Under the pieces are notes generated by a model. The model did not search any database, was not told the origin of the DNA, and worked only from the letters and a program-made list of their open reading frames with translations. Below are positions 25,723 to 27,486 of a stretch of 27,486 bases of DNA, in pieces. The stretch's first letter is position 1; each line of letters opens with the position of its first letter. The translations under genes and the position numbers were made by a program. This stretch comes from an uncultured virus (IMG/VR IMGVR_UViG_3300011215_000019) (Duplodnaviria; Heunggongvirae; Uroviricota; Caudoviricetes). Where the stretch lies: positions 62,001 through 89,486 of the IMG/VR virus record IMGVR_UViG_3300011215_000019. One strand, given 5' to 3'.

Positions 25723-26121
25723 CTAGCCGAGGCACTTCTTCGCGTCCTCAGAAACTTTATCTGCCGACGACACCTGCCACGGCGAACCCTTAGCATCAGG
25801 CCAGTTCGTGAACTCCTTAGCAATACCATCAGCCGCACCGATCACCGAGCCTCCTGGCTCCAAGCTTCCAGAAGCCCACAGCCCGGTCAGATCCTCGTGC
25901 CCCTCGTTGAAGCTCATGGCGATCACGTAGAGTTCACCGTCTTTGGCTGCTGCACCCTTGATCGGCTTGATCGGGTTGCCTGATGTGCCGTCCGCGATGG
26001 TTTGAAGCATTGCGTCATCGACGGTTAGGCAGTCGGCGGATGCTGCTGGTTCGGATGAGCAGCCAGTCAATGCGACAGCGGAGAAGGCGAGTGCGGACAA
26101 GGTGGCAACAATTTTCTTCAC
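25723..26121 (-). CDS. Lipoprotein (moron; candidate superinfection exclusion)
   Basis: AGGAG RBS and GTG 26121; MKKIVATLSALAFSAVALTG-C lipobox. Confidence 0.82.
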   Translation of the reverse strand: MKKIVATLSALAFSAVALTGCSSEPAASADCLTVDDAMLQTIADGTSGNPIKPIKGAAAKDGELYVIAMSFNEGHEDLTGLWASGSLEPGGSVIGAADGIAKEFTNWPDAKGSPWQVSSADKVSEDAKKCLG

Positions 26122-26208
26122 AAGGTACTCCTGAAGGTGTGTGTGATTACTTCCGAGTGTAGATGATTGGTGCGACAACTACCCTGTTAGCCGACTAGAA
26201 TTCGGCTT

Positions 26209-26304
26209 ATGGATCAATACGGTAACCCTGGCCCTTACCAAGACCCGAAGATACGGCAATGGTGGGACGAACTAGAAGTAGAACAGCAAGACAACGACGA
26301 ATAA
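26209..26304 (+). CDS. Leaderless 31-aa acidic peptide (not in ORF track)
   Basis: TAGAAT (26196-26201), 7 nt, ATG; MDQYGNPGPYQDPKIRQWWDELEVEQQDNDE*; terminator immediately after the stop. Confidence 0.55.
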   Translation: MDQYGNPGPYQDPKIRQWWDELEVEQQDNDE

Positions 26305-26305
26305 C

Positions 26306-26342
26306 AGAACCCCGCAGAACAGTTTCTGCGGGGTTCTTTTCT
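26306..26342. terminator. Terminator between the peptide ORF and the integrase 3' end
   Basis: AGAACCCCGCAGAA-CAGT-TTCTGCGGGGTTCT followed by TTTCT. Confidence 0.75.
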
Positions 26343-26352
26343 CGTTAAGTGG

Positions 26353-27486
26353 CTAGTCCACCAGATCAGCTGCACGAACGTCTGATTCGGTCGTTACCTG
26401 CGCATAGATACGCAACGTGGTCTGCGGGTCCTGATGCCCCAACCGTGTCTGCACGTCCTTTACCGGGACGCCCTTTTGGAGTAGGTGCGTTGTATGGGCT
26501 TTGCGAATCTCGTGGATCCACGGCTTTTCGTCCAAGTCTCCATCCTCCACCAGCTTGTTGATGGCCGGCTGCCAGATCTTCTTGTGGAAGTAGCTGTTGC
26601 GCAGGAACTCGCCGTTCGGGCGGGTGAAGATCAACTCCCCCGGACGCATGTCTTTCATGTGTGCGATCAGGTCGGCGGATAGCTTCAGCCCGAGGTTGAC
26701 TTGCCGCTCCCCCTTCTTAGTCTTTGGTAGACCGATTTCTTCGCCGTTGCCGGTGTTTTTCCAAGCGCGAGTGACTAGCACGGTGCACCTATCCCCCGTT
26801 ACGCGAATGTCTCGTTTGCGCAGGGCCGTGGCCTCGTTGTACCGCAGCCCAGTCTTGCCGAGGAAGCGGATGAACAGTTGGTAGCGTTCCGGCATGGCTT
26901 CTTCGATGATGACAAGATCATCCTCGGACAGGTATACGGGTTCACGGGACTTGTGTAGGTCTGGGTCACCGATGCCCTTGGCTGGGTTGCGTTCCATGAT
27001 GCCGTTCTCCACCGCGGTATTGAAAGCCGTGGACAGTAGAGCGTGGACGTTCTTCTTCGTCCGCTGGCTCAGCTCACTCCCCTGCTCAATATTCGCCCCC
27101 TTGGTTGCACGTAGGCCGGCCATCCAGTCGATCACGTCTTTCTTGGTGACGTTCTGTGCTGGCATGTGCCCGATAGCTGAACCGTGGATGTGTGCTTTCA
27201 CCAAGTTCTTGTATCGCTGGATTGTTCCTGGCTGCGGCTTGGTGAGAAGGCTGATGTGCTGGTCAACGATTTCGGAGACAGTTGGCAGCTTGTTGTCCAT
27301 GCGTGTTTTGACTTCGCTGGCTGCGGCGTAGCTGTTGCCGTTCGCGTCCAAGAAGTCTTTGAGCGTGATCGCCTTGTCTTTGTCTGCGAAGCGGCGGGAC
27401 TTGATTTTCTTTGTTCCCGGCTCGCGCCACACTACTTTGTAAGACTCACGGCCATCTTTAGCCTTGTGTGTCTGAATCGTTGCCAA
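26353..27486 (-). CDS. int: Tyrosine integrase (start at window edge)
   Basis: GLRYNE (R), PKTK (K), HEIR (HxxR), LGH, RIY (Y); N-terminal arm-binding-type domain. Confidence 0.95.
   Translation of the reverse strand: MATIQTHKAKDGRESYKVVWREPGTKKIKSRRFADKDKAITLKDFLDANGNSYAAASEVKTRMDNKLPTVSEIVDQHISLLTKPQPGTIQRYKNLVKAHIHGSAIGHMPAQNVTKKDVIDWMAGLRATKGANIEQGSELSQRTKKNVHALLSTAFNTAVENGIMERNPAKGIGDPDLHKSREPVYLSEDDLVIIEEAMPERYQLFIRFLGKTGLRYNEATALRKRDIRVTGDRCTVLVTRAWKNTGNGEEIGLPKTKKGERQVNLGLKLSADLIAHMKDMRPGELIFTRPNGEFLRNSYFHKKIWQPAINKLVEDGDLDEKPWIHEIRKAHTTHLLQKGVPVKDVQTRLGHQDPQTTLRIYAQVTTESDVRAADLVD

Larger units (their letters stand above)
1..27486. mobile_element. Temperate siphovirus (prophage or circular phage genome segment)
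   Basis: Complete morphogenesis and lysis modules plus integrase; no host genes recognised. Confidence 0.95.

Noticed and set aside
26156..26178. TTGTCG/TACACT promoter for the lipoprotein gene
   Set aside because: The spacer is only 11 nt; the -10 alone is plausible but unsupported
26353..26400. ssrA-like degradation tag on the integrase
   Set aside because: The C-terminus is ...RAADLVD, not an Ala-Ala-type terminus

Overview
A 27.5 kb segment of a temperate siphovirus (phage or prophage) of a high-GC actinobacterium. A Micrococcales-type host is an inference from gene style and the absence of LysB. Left to right: (1) a chain of translationally coupled small early/middle genes ending in a Cys-rich putative late regulator; (2) a late promoter, a terminator and a ~570 nt highly structured non-coding leader holding a canonical tRNA-Asn(GTT) and an aberrant tRNA-like gene with an 8-nt anticodon loop; (3) an HNH endonuclease, a probable cos region and the terminase, portal, MuF-like, scaffold, capsid, neck and tail genes, including a -1 frameshifted tail chaperone and a 1398 aa tape measure; (4) two receptor-binding-type proteins, one with a CE4/NodB deacetylase-like domain and one bracketed by 35 bp direct repeats; (5) a lysis cassette with several membrane proteins and an M23 endolysin; (6) small independently transcribed morons; (7) a tyrosine integrase. 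The most unusual signals are the structured tRNA-containing late leader, the sharp AC-rich to GT-rich strand-bias flip at the putative cos, the repeat-flanked tail-fibre cassette, the deacetylase-tipped tail protein, and leaderless micro-genes missed by the ORF track. All family calls come from motif reading and synteny, not database searches.
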